Positions 26,496-35,490 are shown, counted from the first letter of the stretch. The stretch: DNA of 64,000 bases from Verrucomicrobiales bacterium (GCA_047638715.1 JBLIMK010000004.1:4524-68523), one strand, 5' to 3'. Translations and numbers: made by a program. Notes: generated by a model not told the origin, from the sequence alone.

Positions 26496-27679
26496 TTGCC
26501 CAGCACATCCATCATTTGCCCAACGTCCTTGTCGCCGCGCCCACTCAGGTTCATCAGCACGGTCTTTCCTGCGAGTTCATCGCGAGCTTTGGACATCCAC
26601 GCCAGCGCATGGGCACTTTCGAGGGCGGGGATTATTCCTTCGGTTCGAGCGAGCAGCTGGAATGCTTCGACCACTTCATCATCGGTGACCGATTCGTACC
26701 GAGCGCGACCGATGTTGGCGAGGTGTGCATGTTCTGGACCGACGCCTGGATAGTCGAGCCCAGCTGAAATCGATTCGGCCTCCAAGACCTGCCCAACCTC
26801 GTCTTGCATCAGATACGACTTCGACCCGTGCACAACACCGGGAACCTTGCGTCCAATGGCTGCACCGCCGGCGGGCTCGACCCCGACCAGTTCGGCTTCG
26901 GTGTCGGCGAAGCCCGAGAAGATACCGATCGCATTCGACCCACCGCCGACACACGCGGTGACGACGTCGGGAACACCACCGTCGAGAAGCCGTGCGCACT
27001 GCTCTCGGGCCTCGATGCCGATGACCTCGTGAAAGGTTCGCACCATCCATGGATAGGGGTGCGGGCCCATTGCTGAGCCCAGGCAGTAGTAGCTATCGGA
27101 AACCTTTGCGACCCAGTCGCGCATGGCTTCATTCACCGCGTCTTTCAACGTTCGCGAACCGCTCATAGCGGGAACGACCTCGGCGCCGAGCAGCTTCATG
27201 CGAAAGACGTTGAGCTCCTGGCGTTTCATGTCGACCTCGCCCATGTACACCCGGCATTCCATGCCCATGAGTGCAGCCGCTGTAGCGGCCGCCACGCCGT
27301 GTTGGCCTGCCCCGGTCTCGGCGATGAGACGAGTTTTTCCCATCCGTTGGGCGAGCAAGGCTTGACCGAGGACGTTGTTGATCTTGTGTGAGCCCGTGTG
27401 GTTCAGATCCTCACGCTTCATGAGCACTCGGCAGCCGAGCTCGGCGCCGAGTCGATGGCATTCCGTTACCGGGGATGGGCGCCCGGCATAGTCCGTCAGA
27501 AGCGCCGACAGCTCGCGACGGAAATCCGGATCTGCCCAGGCCGACCGAAAAGCGACTTCGAGCTCTTGGCATGCCGGAACGAGCGTTTCGGGAATGAAAC
27601 GCCCACCGAATTCACCGAACCGTCCGTTCGCATCAGGTTCGCCCATTATCGGCGTCTTATTCACACCATCGATCGACAT
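26492..27679 (-). CDS. trpB: tryptophan synthase beta chain
   Basis: [34 protein letters not shown]. Confidence 0.95.
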   Translation of the reverse strand: MSIDGVNKTPIMGEPDANGRFGEFGGRFIPETLVPACQELEVAFRSAWADPDFRRELSALLTDYAGRPSPVTECHRLGAELGCRVLMKREDLNHTGSHKINNVLGQALLAQRMGKTRLIAETGAGQHGVAAATAAALMGMECRVYMGEVDMKRQELNVFRMKLLGAEVVPAMSGSRTLKDAVNEAMRDWVAKVSDSYYCLGSAMGPHPYPWMVRTFHEVIGIEAREQCARLLDGGVPDVVTACVGGGSNAIGIFSGFADTEAELVGVEPAGGAAIGRKVPGVVHGSKSYLMQDEVGQVLEAESISAGLDYPGVGPEHAHLANIGRARYESVTDDEVVEAFQLLARTEGIIPALESAHALAWMSKARDELAGKTVLMNLSGRGDKDVGQMMDVLGK

Positions 27680-27682
27680 TGC

Positions 27683-28351
27683 TTACTCCACTTCCCAGTC
27701 GTACATTGGTTGGTCGCTCCAGTCGAAATGACCGTCACCGAGCAATTCTCCCGCAGCCTTCGCATTTTGGATGAAACGTCGCAACGCTGACGGATCTTTC
27801 CGCCCAGGTTCGCGTTCGACGCCAGAGGCAACGTCGACACCCCATGGCTTCACCGTGGCGATTGCATCGGCGACGTTGTCTGGATCGAGGCCGCCCGCGA
27901 GCAAGACGCGTCGATCCGTGGGGAGCGACTCGGCAAGCGACCAGTCGAACACCTCACCACTACCCGGAGTTGGGGCGTCGACAAGAATGACCGGCACCGC
28001 AAACTCGGCCGCCCGACGCGCCTGTTCGGTCCCGGCAGCAACCGCCTTGATGACGGTTGGGACCCGGTGCGCGATCCACGCGACATCGTCGGGACTCTCG
28101 TTCCCGTGCAGCTGGGCCGCGCGGAGTCCGGTGGTGTGAACAATGTCGACCACTCGTTCCTTGGCCTCGTTACGAAACACGCCGACCGTGAGCGCCTCAG
28201 CGGGGATACGAGCCACGATGTCTCGAGCCCGGGGCGGGGCGATCTGACGCTTCGAAGGAGCGAAGACGAATCCGACAGCGTCCGCTCCGAGGGCCACAGC
28301 GAGCAAGGCATCGTCGACATCGGTAAGCCCGCAAATCTTGACGAACGTCAT
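27683..28351 (-). CDS. trpF: phosphoribosylanthranilate isomerase
   Basis: VKICGLT, ADAVGFVF and VQLHG-type motifs. It has a ~20-aa acidic/aromatic C-terminal extension. ATGA overlap with trpC. Confidence 0.85.
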   Translation of the reverse strand: MTFVKICGLTDVDDALLAVALGADAVGFVFAPSKRQIAPPRARDIVARIPAEALTVGVFRNEAKERVVDIVHTTGLRAAQLHGNESPDDVAWIAHRVPTVIKAVAAGTEQARRAAEFAVPVILVDAPTPGSGEVFDWSLAESLPTDRRVLLAGGLDPDNVADAIATVKPWGVDVASGVEREPGRKDPSALRRFIQNAKAAGELLGDGHFDWSDQPMYDWEVE

Positions 28352-29154
28352 AGTTTTCCGATCTGCTCGGTCTGTCGAGCCGATTCGATCAATGACCGCA
28401 CGCCCAATTCCGGGCCGTCATGAGTGACCAACGATTCGCCCACGAGCACAGCGTCGAATCCGGCGGTGACCAGTGCTGGGATGTCGCTCGGGCCACCGAT
28501 TCCGGATTCGGCAACTCGGATGACATTGGCCGGAAGCGAGGCTGCCACTCTGGCGGCGCGTTGAACATCGACCTCGAACGTCATCAGGTCTCGCTGGTTC
28601 ACGCCAATGAGGTTCCCACCGATCGCCATTGCACGCTCGGCTTCACGCTCATCGTGCACCTCGATGAGAGCGTCCAGGCCAATCTCGGAAGCGAGAGCAT
28701 AGAAGTCTGCAAGTTCGACGTCATCGAGTGCAGCAACGATGAGAAGGACGCAGTCGGCACCCATGAGCCGCGCGTCGACGACATCGTGCGCCGAGACCGT
28801 AAAATCCTTTCGAAGCACCGGGATATCGATCGCTGCCTTGACCGCCTGCAGGTCCGCGACCGAACCACCGAAGTACTGCTCGTCGGTGAGCACCGAACAA
28901 CACGCTGCTCCACCCGCTTGATAGGCCGATCCGAGCATCGCCGGGTCGAGATTCGGGTTGAGATCGCCTTTCGATGGCGAGCGTCGCTTCACTTCGGCGA
29001 CAACGCCGAGACGCGACGCGTCGTCGAGGGCAGCGCCGAACCCACGCGCAGCTGATAGTGAGTTTGTGTCGGTGATCAGTTGATCGAGGGATCGCGAGTC
29101 GTTCGCTGCACTGGATCGATGCGACTCGAGGATGCCATCGAGGTACGTGGTCAT
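28348..29154 (-). CDS. trpC: indole-3-glycerol phosphate synthase
   Basis: AEVKRRSPSKG, LRKDF, GVNQRDL and ESGI motifs. Confidence 0.9.
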   Translation of the reverse strand: MTTYLDGILESHRSSAANDSRSLDQLITDTNSLSAARGFGAALDDASRLGVVAEVKRRSPSKGDLNPNLDPAMLGSAYQAGGAACCSVLTDEQYFGGSVADLQAVKAAIDIPVLRKDFTVSAHDVVDARLMGADCVLLIVAALDDVELADFYALASEIGLDALIEVHDEREAERAMAIGGNLIGVNQRDLMTFEVDVQRAARVAASLPANVIRVAESGIGGPSDIPALVTAGFDAVLVGESLVTHDGPELGVRSLIESARQTEQIGKL

Positions 29155-29966
29155 GGCCGGTCTGCGGGAACTAACGACACAGATACCGCTGCACCATCGA
29201 GTTCGAGTTCATCAGCATCGAGCGCGGATCGTTTGACATAGGCAAGGCCCGCCCAACCGGCACCATCGTCGATGACCGAAGTTATTTCGCCTGCCGTCGA
29301 GTCGCCAAGAACGAGTTCGGTGTGGGTGGGAACCGGGCCGTCGCCACGCACGATGCGAAGCCGACGCGGGGTGTTGTCGCCGCGAGAATCTACGCGAGCG
29401 ACCAGCTCCTGGCCCGTGTAGCAGCCCTTGGTGAACGAAGCCGAGCGATCGACGATGCGCGCCTCAGCCGGGATCGTCGACTCGATGAGTTCGCGTCCCA
29501 TCGCGGGAATCCCCGCGACGATTCGTCGACGTTGGTAGTCGTCTTGGCCGAGCCTGACCCCGGTTGGCTCGTCGAGATCAGGTCCGATTACGTCGGTGCC
29601 GAGGCCGTCCGCGCCAGGCGCCACGATCGGAGCCATCCCGACCAACTCGTCCTGGGCGTCGTCGTAGGAATGGAGCTGCCATGTCGCGAGATCGATTTCG
29701 GCCTTCGTGCGAAGGAGGAAACGTTTCAAGCGCGCCAACACCGTCTCACCAAAACCAGGATCGACGTCGAGCAGATAGGCATCGTCGCCAGCGCGGGTGA
29801 TGCGGAACCATGCGTCCACCTTTCCTTGCGGCTGAAGGATCAGGCTCCAGGCAGAATCGCCCACGCCGAGCCCGAGCACGTCTTGGCTGATCTGACCCTG
29901 CAAATACGTCGTTGCCTCCGGTCCACTGACCGACACGACATCGCGCTCGCCTACAAACACGCCCAT
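29151..29966 (-). CDS. YgfZ/CAF17-type folate-binding protein (GcvT-like fold)
   Basis: The KGCYTGQELVARV signature. Its ATG overlaps the trpE stop and its stop overlaps the trpC start. Confidence 0.75.
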   Translation of the reverse strand: MGVFVGERDVVSVSGPEATTYLQGQISQDVLGLGVGDSAWSLILQPQGKVDAWFRITRAGDDAYLLDVDPGFGETVLARLKRFLLRTKAEIDLATWQLHSYDDAQDELVGMAPIVAPGADGLGTDVIGPDLDEPTGVRLGQDDYQRRRIVAGIPAMGRELIESTIPAEARIVDRSASFTKGCYTGQELVARVDSRGDNTPRRLRIVRGDGPVPTHTELVLGDSTAGEITSVIDDGAGWAGLAYVKRSALDADELELDGAAVSVSLVPADRP

Positions 29967-31480
29967 CAGGAATTCGCCTTTCGTTGCGCTGTCATTATTC
30001 GAGCACCCGCTACAGCTGCGAGCAAGGCCTTCGACTTGTGGATGCACTCATTGTGCTCGTCGATGGGCACGCTGTCTGCAACAATCCCAGCACCCGCCTG
30101 GACGCTTGCTCGATTGCCCGAGATGAACATTGTTCGGATAGCGATGGCGGTGTCGATGTTCCCAGAAAAATCGATGTACCCAACCACGCCCGCGTACGGG
30201 CCGCGTTTAACCGGTTCGAGTTCGTCGATGATCTCCATTGCGCGCACCTTTGGCGCACCCGACACGGTGCCGGCCGGAAGGGTTGCGCGCAGGACGTCGA
30301 TTGCCGATTTGCCGGGAGCGAGATCGCCCGAGACCTGCGACGTCAGGTGCATCACATGGCTGTACCGCTCGAGATCCATTAGCTGGTCCCTCGACTCGCT
30401 GCCGTAACTAATGACCCTGCCGATGTCGTTGCGCGCTAGGTCGACCAACATCACATGTTCGGCCACCTCTTTGGGGTGTTCTTTAAGTTCAGCTCCAAGT
30501 CGGCGGTCTTCTTCGTCGGTCGCACCGCGGGGTCGAGTCCCGGCGATCGGACGAGAAATAACTTTGCCGTCGCGGAGCTGCACCATTGGCTCCGGGGAAG
30601 CGCCGACGATGTGGAGATCGCCGATTCGCAGAAAGTACATGTAGGGGCTCGGGTTCACCTGACGGAGTACCCGGTAGAGATCGAACGGGTCAGCATCGAG
30701 ATCGAAGTCGAAACGTTGCGACAGGACGACCTGAAAAATATCGCCCGCAAGGATGTACTCCTTCGCGGTCTCAACGGCGGCGCAGTACGTGGCCTCCCCC
30801 ATCGTCGAGGTGACCTCGGGAAGTGGAGCATCGAGCGGTGGCGGTGAGACGAGCGGCTCGTCGAGCGGGCGGGCACCATCGGTCTGCAGCTGTTCAAGAC
30901 GGAGAATCGCATCGTCGTACGCCGCCCGAAGCGCTTCCTCATCGGCGCCAGCTGGAACCAGCGTGTTCGCGAGCAACGTGACCTGCTGCTTCCAATGATC
31001 GAACGCCACAAGTTCGCCGATCATCGCCATCACACCATCGGAATGGCCGGTGTCATCGTCGGGCACGTTCGGTAGACGTTCTACCTCGCGAACAACGTCG
31101 TAACCGATGTAGCCCATCAAACCTGAATGCAGGGGCGGGAGGCCCTCGATATCGGGCGCAGAGAATTCGTTCAGCAACGCTTCGAGCGTGTCGAGCATGC
31201 CATCGGCGGCCGGCACCTCCGAGGCGAGCGGACCATCCACCGAGATCGCACCATTCGTCGACACGATCGTGGCCAAGGGGTTCCGGCCAAGAAACGACCA
31301 GCGGCTCCAGCGCTCTCCGTTCTCGACCGATTCGAGCAAAAACCCGTCATCGTCGCCAACGCATCGAGCGAAGATCGCGACGGGTGTCACTTGGTCTGCG
31401 AGTAACGAACGCCACACCGGGATCACCCGATGGCCACGCGCGTACTCGACGAATTCCTCGAACGTCGGCTGAATCGACAC
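29966..31480 (-). CDS. trpE: anthranilate synthase component I
   Basis: LLESVENGERWSRWSF, PSPYMYF, ISRPIAGTRPRG, GAPKVRAME, RGPYAGVVGY; GTG start. Confidence 0.95.
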   Translation of the reverse strand: MSIQPTFEEFVEYARGHRVIPVWRSLLADQVTPVAIFARCVGDDDGFLLESVENGERWSRWSFLGRNPLATIVSTNGAISVDGPLASEVPAADGMLDTLEALLNEFSAPDIEGLPPLHSGLMGYIGYDVVREVERLPNVPDDDTGHSDGVMAMIGELVAFDHWKQQVTLLANTLVPAGADEEALRAAYDDAILRLEQLQTDGARPLDEPLVSPPPLDAPLPEVTSTMGEATYCAAVETAKEYILAGDIFQVVLSQRFDFDLDADPFDLYRVLRQVNPSPYMYFLRIGDLHIVGASPEPMVQLRDGKVISRPIAGTRPRGATDEEDRRLGAELKEHPKEVAEHVMLVDLARNDIGRVISYGSESRDQLMDLERYSHVMHLTSQVSGDLAPGKSAIDVLRATLPAGTVSGAPKVRAMEIIDELEPVKRGPYAGVVGYIDFSGNIDTAIAIRTMFISGNRASVQAGAGIVADSVPIDEHNECIHKSKALLAAVAGARIMTAQRKANS

Positions 31481-31489
31481 GACGGCGCG

Positions 31490-31855
31490 CTAGAGGTAGA
31501 GCCCGGTCGAGCCCTCTTCGAGGCGCTCTGCCGCTACGGCATGGACATCTCGCTCACGCAAGATGATGTAGTCGGTGCCACCAACCTCGACCTCATATCG
31601 GTCGTCGGGGTTGAAGAGCACCCGGTCGCCCATCTCCATATTGCGAACATTGGGGCCCGAGGCGACGATCTCAGCCCAGGTGAGCCGCTTCCCAACCTGT
31701 GCGGTGGCGGGGATCAGAATTCCGCCCGTCGAACGTCGTTCACCCTCGGCGTCGCCAATTCGTACGAGGATACGATCGTTCAACATCTTGATCGGCAGGC
31801 GGTCGCCGTTGCTGTTCGATGGCGAAATCCCGTTGTTCTTGATGGCTGCGGTCAC
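31490..31855 (-). CDS. GroES/Cpn10-family paralog with N- and C-terminal extensions
   Basis: PIKMLNDRILVR...STGGILIP...GDRVLF...YIILRERDVHAV aligns with the GroES pattern (IKPL.DRVLV...TAGGI..P...GD.V.F...Y.I..E.DILAV). GTG start 9 nt after the hisF stop; its stop is 9 nt before the trpE start. Confidence 0.65.
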   Translation of the reverse strand: MTAAIKNNGISPSNSNGDRLPIKMLNDRILVRIGDAEGERRSTGGILIPATAQVGKRLTWAEIVASGPNVRNMEMGDRVLFNPDDRYEVEVGGTDYIILRERDVHAVAAERLEEGSTGLYL

Positions 31856-31864
31856 GGGTTCAGA

Positions 31865-32644
31865 CTACTGGGGAGGGCGAACGGTAACGCCACGCGCCGC
31901 CATGAGTTCCTTGGCTTCGGCCACCGTGTGTTCCCCGAAGTGAAAGATCGACGCTGCAAGGACTGCATCGGCGTGGCCATCGATGATGCCTTCAGCGAGG
32001 TGCTCGAGGTTGCCAACGCCGCCGCTCGCAATAACTGGAACCCCGACCGCATCACTGACTATGGCGGTGAGCTCGAGGTCGAATCCGTCGCGAGTTCCGT
32101 CGCGGTCCATCGACGTCAGCATGATCTCGCCGGCGCCACGGCGTTCGACCTCTCTCGCCCACTCGACAGCGTCGAGGCCTGTCGGTGTCCTTCCGCCGTG
32201 GATGAACACCTCGAATCCACTAGCTGGGCCGTCAGGGCCGGTGCTCCGGCGAGCGTCGATCGAGGCGACAACACATTGAGAACCGAACTCTCGAGCAATC
32301 TCGGTCAGGACTTCGGGACGATCGACGGCCGCTGTATTCACCGCTGTCTTGTCGGCACCGACGCGAAGAAGGCGGCGGGCATCGTCGACCGACCGGATTC
32401 CCCCACCGATCGTGAAGGGGATGTAGACCTCTTCGGCTGTGCGTCGAGCGACATCGACGATCGTGTCGCGGGCGTCCGACGACGCGGTGATATCGAGGAA
32501 CACGAGCTCGTCGGCACCCTGCGCGTCGTAGCGAGCAGCCAATTCGACCGGATCGCCAGCGTCGACCAGGTCGACGAAGTTCACGCCTTTGACGACCCGA
32601 CCTGCGTCGACGTCGAGACACGGAATAACACGCGCCGAAATCAC
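31865..32644 (-). CDS. hisF: imidazole glycerol phosphate synthase cyclase subunit
   Basis: GTG 32644 with a GGAG RBS, overlapping the hisH stop (GTGA). [16 protein letters not shown] and GGGI motifs. Confidence 0.9.
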   Translation of the reverse strand: MISARVIPCLDVDAGRVVKGVNFVDLVDAGDPVELAARYDAQGADELVFLDITASSDARDTIVDVARRTAEEVYIPFTIGGGIRSVDDARRLLRVGADKTAVNTAAVDRPEVLTEIAREFGSQCVVASIDARRSTGPDGPASGFEVFIHGGRTPTGLDAVEWAREVERRGAGEIMLTSMDRDGTRDGFDLELTAIVSDAVGVPVIASGGVGNLEHLAEGIIDGHADAVLAASIFHFGEHTVAEAKELMAARGVTVRPPQ

Positions 32645-33354
32645 GGTTTCTCCTCGACACTTCCGGTCGAGATCCCCCGACCACCGACATGGTCGCCCCA
32701 AAGGACATTGTCGCTACAAAGGACATGGTCGCTACAAAGGACATGGTCGCTACAAAGTTTCACAAAGTTGGTGATTATCTGAATACCGATCGGCCCAGAT
32801 TTTTCTGGGTGAAACTGGGTCGCGTAGACGTTGTCTCGCTGGGCGGCCGCGGTAACGGTCCCCCCGTACTCACACGTCGCCACTACGTCAGCGGTGGATT
32901 CGGGTGCATAGGAGTGCACGAAGTAGACCCAACTCTTCTCCGCGATCCCTGAAAAGAGCGGTGAAGGCTCTGGGAAACTCAATTGATTCCACTGCATCTG
33001 CGGACGTTTGACTTCATCTGAAAGCAGCCGGATCGAGCCTTGCAAAACTCCTAGACCCCGAACCCCATCGACCTCTTCGCTCGATTCGTAGAGGGCCTGC
33101 ATCCCGACACAAATGCCAAGAAACGGCCGTCCACTTTCGACGGCGTCATTGGCGAGCTTGTCGACACCCGTCTCGCGGATTGCTTCCATGACACGACCAA
33201 AGTTGCCAACGCCCGGCAAGACGACGCCATGGGCTTGTGCGACGACGGCTGGATCGGCTGTCAGGATCGGTAGAGCGCCCGCTCGCTCGAGCGTCTTTTG
33301 CGCCGACCGAAGGTTCCCGATGCCATAGTCCAGGACCGCGATGGTCGGGGTCAC
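32641..33354 (-). CDS. hisH: imidazole glycerol phosphate synthase glutaminase subunit with repeat-encoded C-terminal tail
   Basis: GTG 33354 overlaps the hisB stop. [20 protein letters not shown] and TQFHPEKSG motifs. The conserved body ends near ..ITNFV and is followed by 38 extra residues containing (L)CSDHV repeats. Confidence 0.9.
   Translation of the reverse strand: MTPTIAVLDYGIGNLRSAQKTLERAGALPILTADPAVVAQAHGVVLPGVGNFGRVMEAIRETGVDKLANDAVESGRPFLGICVGMQALYESSEEVDGVRGLGVLQGSIRLLSDEVKRPQMQWNQLSFPEPSPLFSGIAEKSWVYFVHSYAPESTADVVATCEYGGTVTAAAQRDNVYATQFHPEKSGPIGIQIITNFVKLCSDHVLCSDHVLCSDNVLWGDHVGGRGISTGSVEEKP
32686..32757. repeat. 18-bp tandem repeat, 4 copies, at the hisH/hisF junction
   Basis: The units are gacatggtcgccccaaag, gacattgtcgctacaaag, gacatggtcgctacaaag and gacatggtcgctacaaag. 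The last two are identical. Confidence 0.95.
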
Positions 33355-33944
33355 AAGGTTCCCTTTGTTGAGGGCAACCCTCCGCCGGTGATGACCACAG
33401 AGTCGCGAAGTGCACGGGCCACGCCCTTGAACGTCGCCTCGATGATGTGGTGGGTGTTCTTGCCACGGACGAGAACGATGTGCAGCGTGATCCCCGACGA
33501 CATGACGAATGCTCGCCAGAACTCCTCGCACAACTGCGGATCGAATGGCGGATCGCCAAGGATTTTCTCGCCAGGAAATTCAACCTCGTAGTGCAAATAC
33601 GGACGCCCGGACAGATCGAGAGCTGTGTCGATCAAGGCTTCGTCGAGGGGAATCGAGTTCGATGCAAAGCGGCGAATGCCAACCTTGTCGCCAAGAGCGT
33701 CTCGGAACGCGCCGCCGAGCAGAATCCCGGTGTCTTCAACCGTGTGGTGCGAGTCGATCTGCAGGTCACCGGCTGCCTTGACCGTCAAATCAAAGCCACC
33801 GTGGCGACCCAATTGATCGAGCATGTGGTCAAAAAAGGGAAGGCCGGTCTCGCAGTCCGTATTTCCATCGCCATCGAGATTGATGTCGATCTGGATTTGC
33901 GTTTCCTTGGTGTCACGTGAAGCGGATGCGTTTCGCATACACAC
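33351..33944 (-). CDS. hisB: imidazoleglycerol-phosphate dehydratase
   Basis: RDTKETQI, FFDHMLDQL, DSHHTVEDTGI and NTHHIIEA motifs. The start is GTG 33944 or ATG 33938. Confidence 0.95.
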   Translation of the reverse strand: MCMRNASASRDTKETQIQIDINLDGDGNTDCETGLPFFDHMLDQLGRHGGFDLTVKAAGDLQIDSHHTVEDTGILLGGAFRDALGDKVGIRRFASNSIPLDEALIDTALDLSGRPYLHYEVEFPGEKILGDPPFDPQLCEEFWRAFVMSSGITLHIVLVRGKNTHHIIEATFKGVARALRDSVVITGGGLPSTKGTL

Positions 33945-33969
33945 CAGTGTACGAGGCTCTGCCTGGGCC

Positions 33970-35049
33970 TCAGGTGCTCAGGATCTCGCGGAGTGCTGAG
34001 ATGAATCGATCGTTCTCGTCCGGCGTGCCGATCGTGATGCGAAGACACCCGTCGAGCCGAGGCCAGGATGCACAATTTCGAACGAGTACCGAGCGGTCGA
34101 CCAGCGCTTGCCAGAGCTCGTCGCCACCCATCTCGTGAGCGCGAAAGAGAAAGAAGTTGGCGCCGCTCTTCCAGGTCGTGACCGGGAGCTCCCCGAGCTC
34201 GGCAATGAGCCGACCGCGTTCTTCGACGATCCGAGCGACCCGCTCGTCCATTGCGTCGCCGAAGTCGAGGGCGACCGAGCCAGCAGCCTGCTTGAACGCG
34301 TCGAGATGATAGGGAAGTACGACCTTCTCTAGTTCTGCGACAAGCCACTGCGGAGCGAGCAAGTAGCCGAGCCTCGCGGCCGCCAGCGACCACGTTTTCG
34401 AGAAGGTTCGACTCACGACGAGTGGTACGTCTTCATCGATCTTCGGTACTGCGGACGTGGTCGAGAACTGGCCATACGCTTCGTCTACGACGAGAAGGCC
34501 ATTCGTGCCCGCCATCAACTCGAGTACGGCGTCGACGGTCTCGGGCGGATCGACGATCCCGGTGGGGTTGTTCGGCGAACACAAGAAGACCACATCGGGC
34601 GAATGGGTCTCGATAACGCGACAGACCTCATCCATATTCAAGGTGAAGTCCTCGTTTCGCGCGCCTTCGACGACCGCGGTACCCGTGGTCTTGGAGATGT
34701 GGGAATGCAGGGCATAGGTGGGCTCGAAGACCGCCGCGGTCCGCCCGGCTCCGCCGAACGTCAACATGACGGTCTGCAGCACCTCGTTCGACCCATTGGC
34801 AACGAAGACCTCGGCCGGCGACAGGTCGTAACGTGCGGCAAGTTTCGTACGCAGCGCCATCGCTGAGCGATCGGGGTAGCGATGCCAGGAAATGACGTCG
34901 ATCGCTTCGTGGAGTGCGTCGTCGAATCCGGCCGGCGGCGGAGTTGGGGCTTCATTGGTGTTCAGCCGGACGTCGACATCGATCTGTGGTGAGTGGTAGC
35001 CGGAACGAAGCGCAATATCGGCGCGTACCTGCGGGCGACGATCAAACAT
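33970..35049 (-). CDS. hisC: histidinol-phosphate aminotransferase
   Basis: Class II aminotransferase with RLNTNE, YPD, NPNNPTG and SRTFSK (PLP lysine) motifs. ATG 35049 overlaps the stop of the upstream small ORF by 1 nt. Confidence 0.9.
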   Translation of the reverse strand: MFDRRPQVRADIALRSGYHSPQIDVDVRLNTNEAPTPPPAGFDDALHEAIDVISWHRYPDRSAMALRTKLAARYDLSPAEVFVANGSNEVLQTVMLTFGGAGRTAAVFEPTYALHSHISKTTGTAVVEGARNEDFTLNMDEVCRVIETHSPDVVFLCSPNNPTGIVDPPETVDAVLELMAGTNGLLVVDEAYGQFSTTSAVPKIDEDVPLVVSRTFSKTWSLAAARLGYLLAPQWLVAELEKVVLPYHLDAFKQAAGSVALDFGDAMDERVARIVEERGRLIAELGELPVTTWKSGANFFLFRAHEMGGDELWQALVDRSVLVRNCASWPRLDGCLRITIGTPDENDRFISALREILST

Positions 35050-35237
35050 CAAAAGACCCGAAGCGCGCTCTGCAGATTCCGCCGCGCCGCGTGCAACGAA
35101 CGCTCCACTTCGAAGAGTCGAATCGCGACATCGTCTCGATCGCCGCCCCGATACGTCTCGGCAACAACCACCACCCGATCGACGAGCTCATCGATCTGCG
35201 TCGCAACGGTCGACAATTCGGCGAGATCAGAATCCAT
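35049..35237 (-). CDS. hypothetical 62-aa acidic helical protein, first ORF of the his-trp array
   Basis: GAGGG RBS then ATG 35237. Third-position GC about 67% by hand count. TGATG coupling to hisC. No family recognised. Confidence 0.5.
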   Translation of the reverse strand: MDSDLAELSTVATQIDELVDRVVVVAETYRGGDRDDVAIRLFEVERSLHAARRNLQSALRVF

Positions 35238-35490
35238 CCCTCGACGCTACCGTCGGTCCGAATGCGACCTACGGACTAAAACGGCGAAAGAGCGGGCGCT
35301 GAGCGCCCGCTCTTTCAGCAACACGAGGGCGGCGGAGCCCTCAGATGTGTCGCATATTGCGTCTCCCGATGGCGGGACCAAGAGACGCGACCGAGAATCT
35401 AACATCGGCACGCTCGATTGGGAATCCGATTTACTCATTTTGTTTCGCGGAGAAATTTTCTGGACATGGGCATGCGGGCTCCGCCCCATA
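35238..35490 (-). promoter_or_regulatory. structured 5' leader (candidate attenuator/riboswitch-like element) of the his-trp array
   Basis: A 10-bp long-range helix (35477-35486 with 35331-35340) encloses ~135 nt containing internal hairpins, followed by the terminator. No known class assigned. Confidence 0.4.
35286..35316 (-). terminator. intrinsic terminator/attenuator hairpin in the his-trp leader
   Basis: Perfect 14-bp stem GAAAGAGCGGGCGC / GCGCCCGCTCTTTC with a 3-nt loop, followed on the minus strand by GCCGTTTTAG. It lies 48 nt upstream of the first ORF. Confidence 0.7.

Noticed and set aside
32686-32757. CRISPR-like array
   Set aside because: The units are directly tandem with no spacers and only 18 bp long, and no cas genes are in the window.
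31430-32782. 450-aa plus-strand ORF across the GroES-like, hisF and hisH region
   Set aside because: Antisense to three genes with clear family motifs and coupled junctions. It ends in the mirror image of the 18-bp repeat (GHGRYK repeats).
35359-35388. Canonical T-box antiterminator in the his-trp leader
   Set aside because: The UGGUCCCGCC similarity is partial. The inner helix would be only 1-2 bp, and the hairpin does not overlap the terminator as a T-box antiterminator must. It is kept only as part of the unclassified leader finding.
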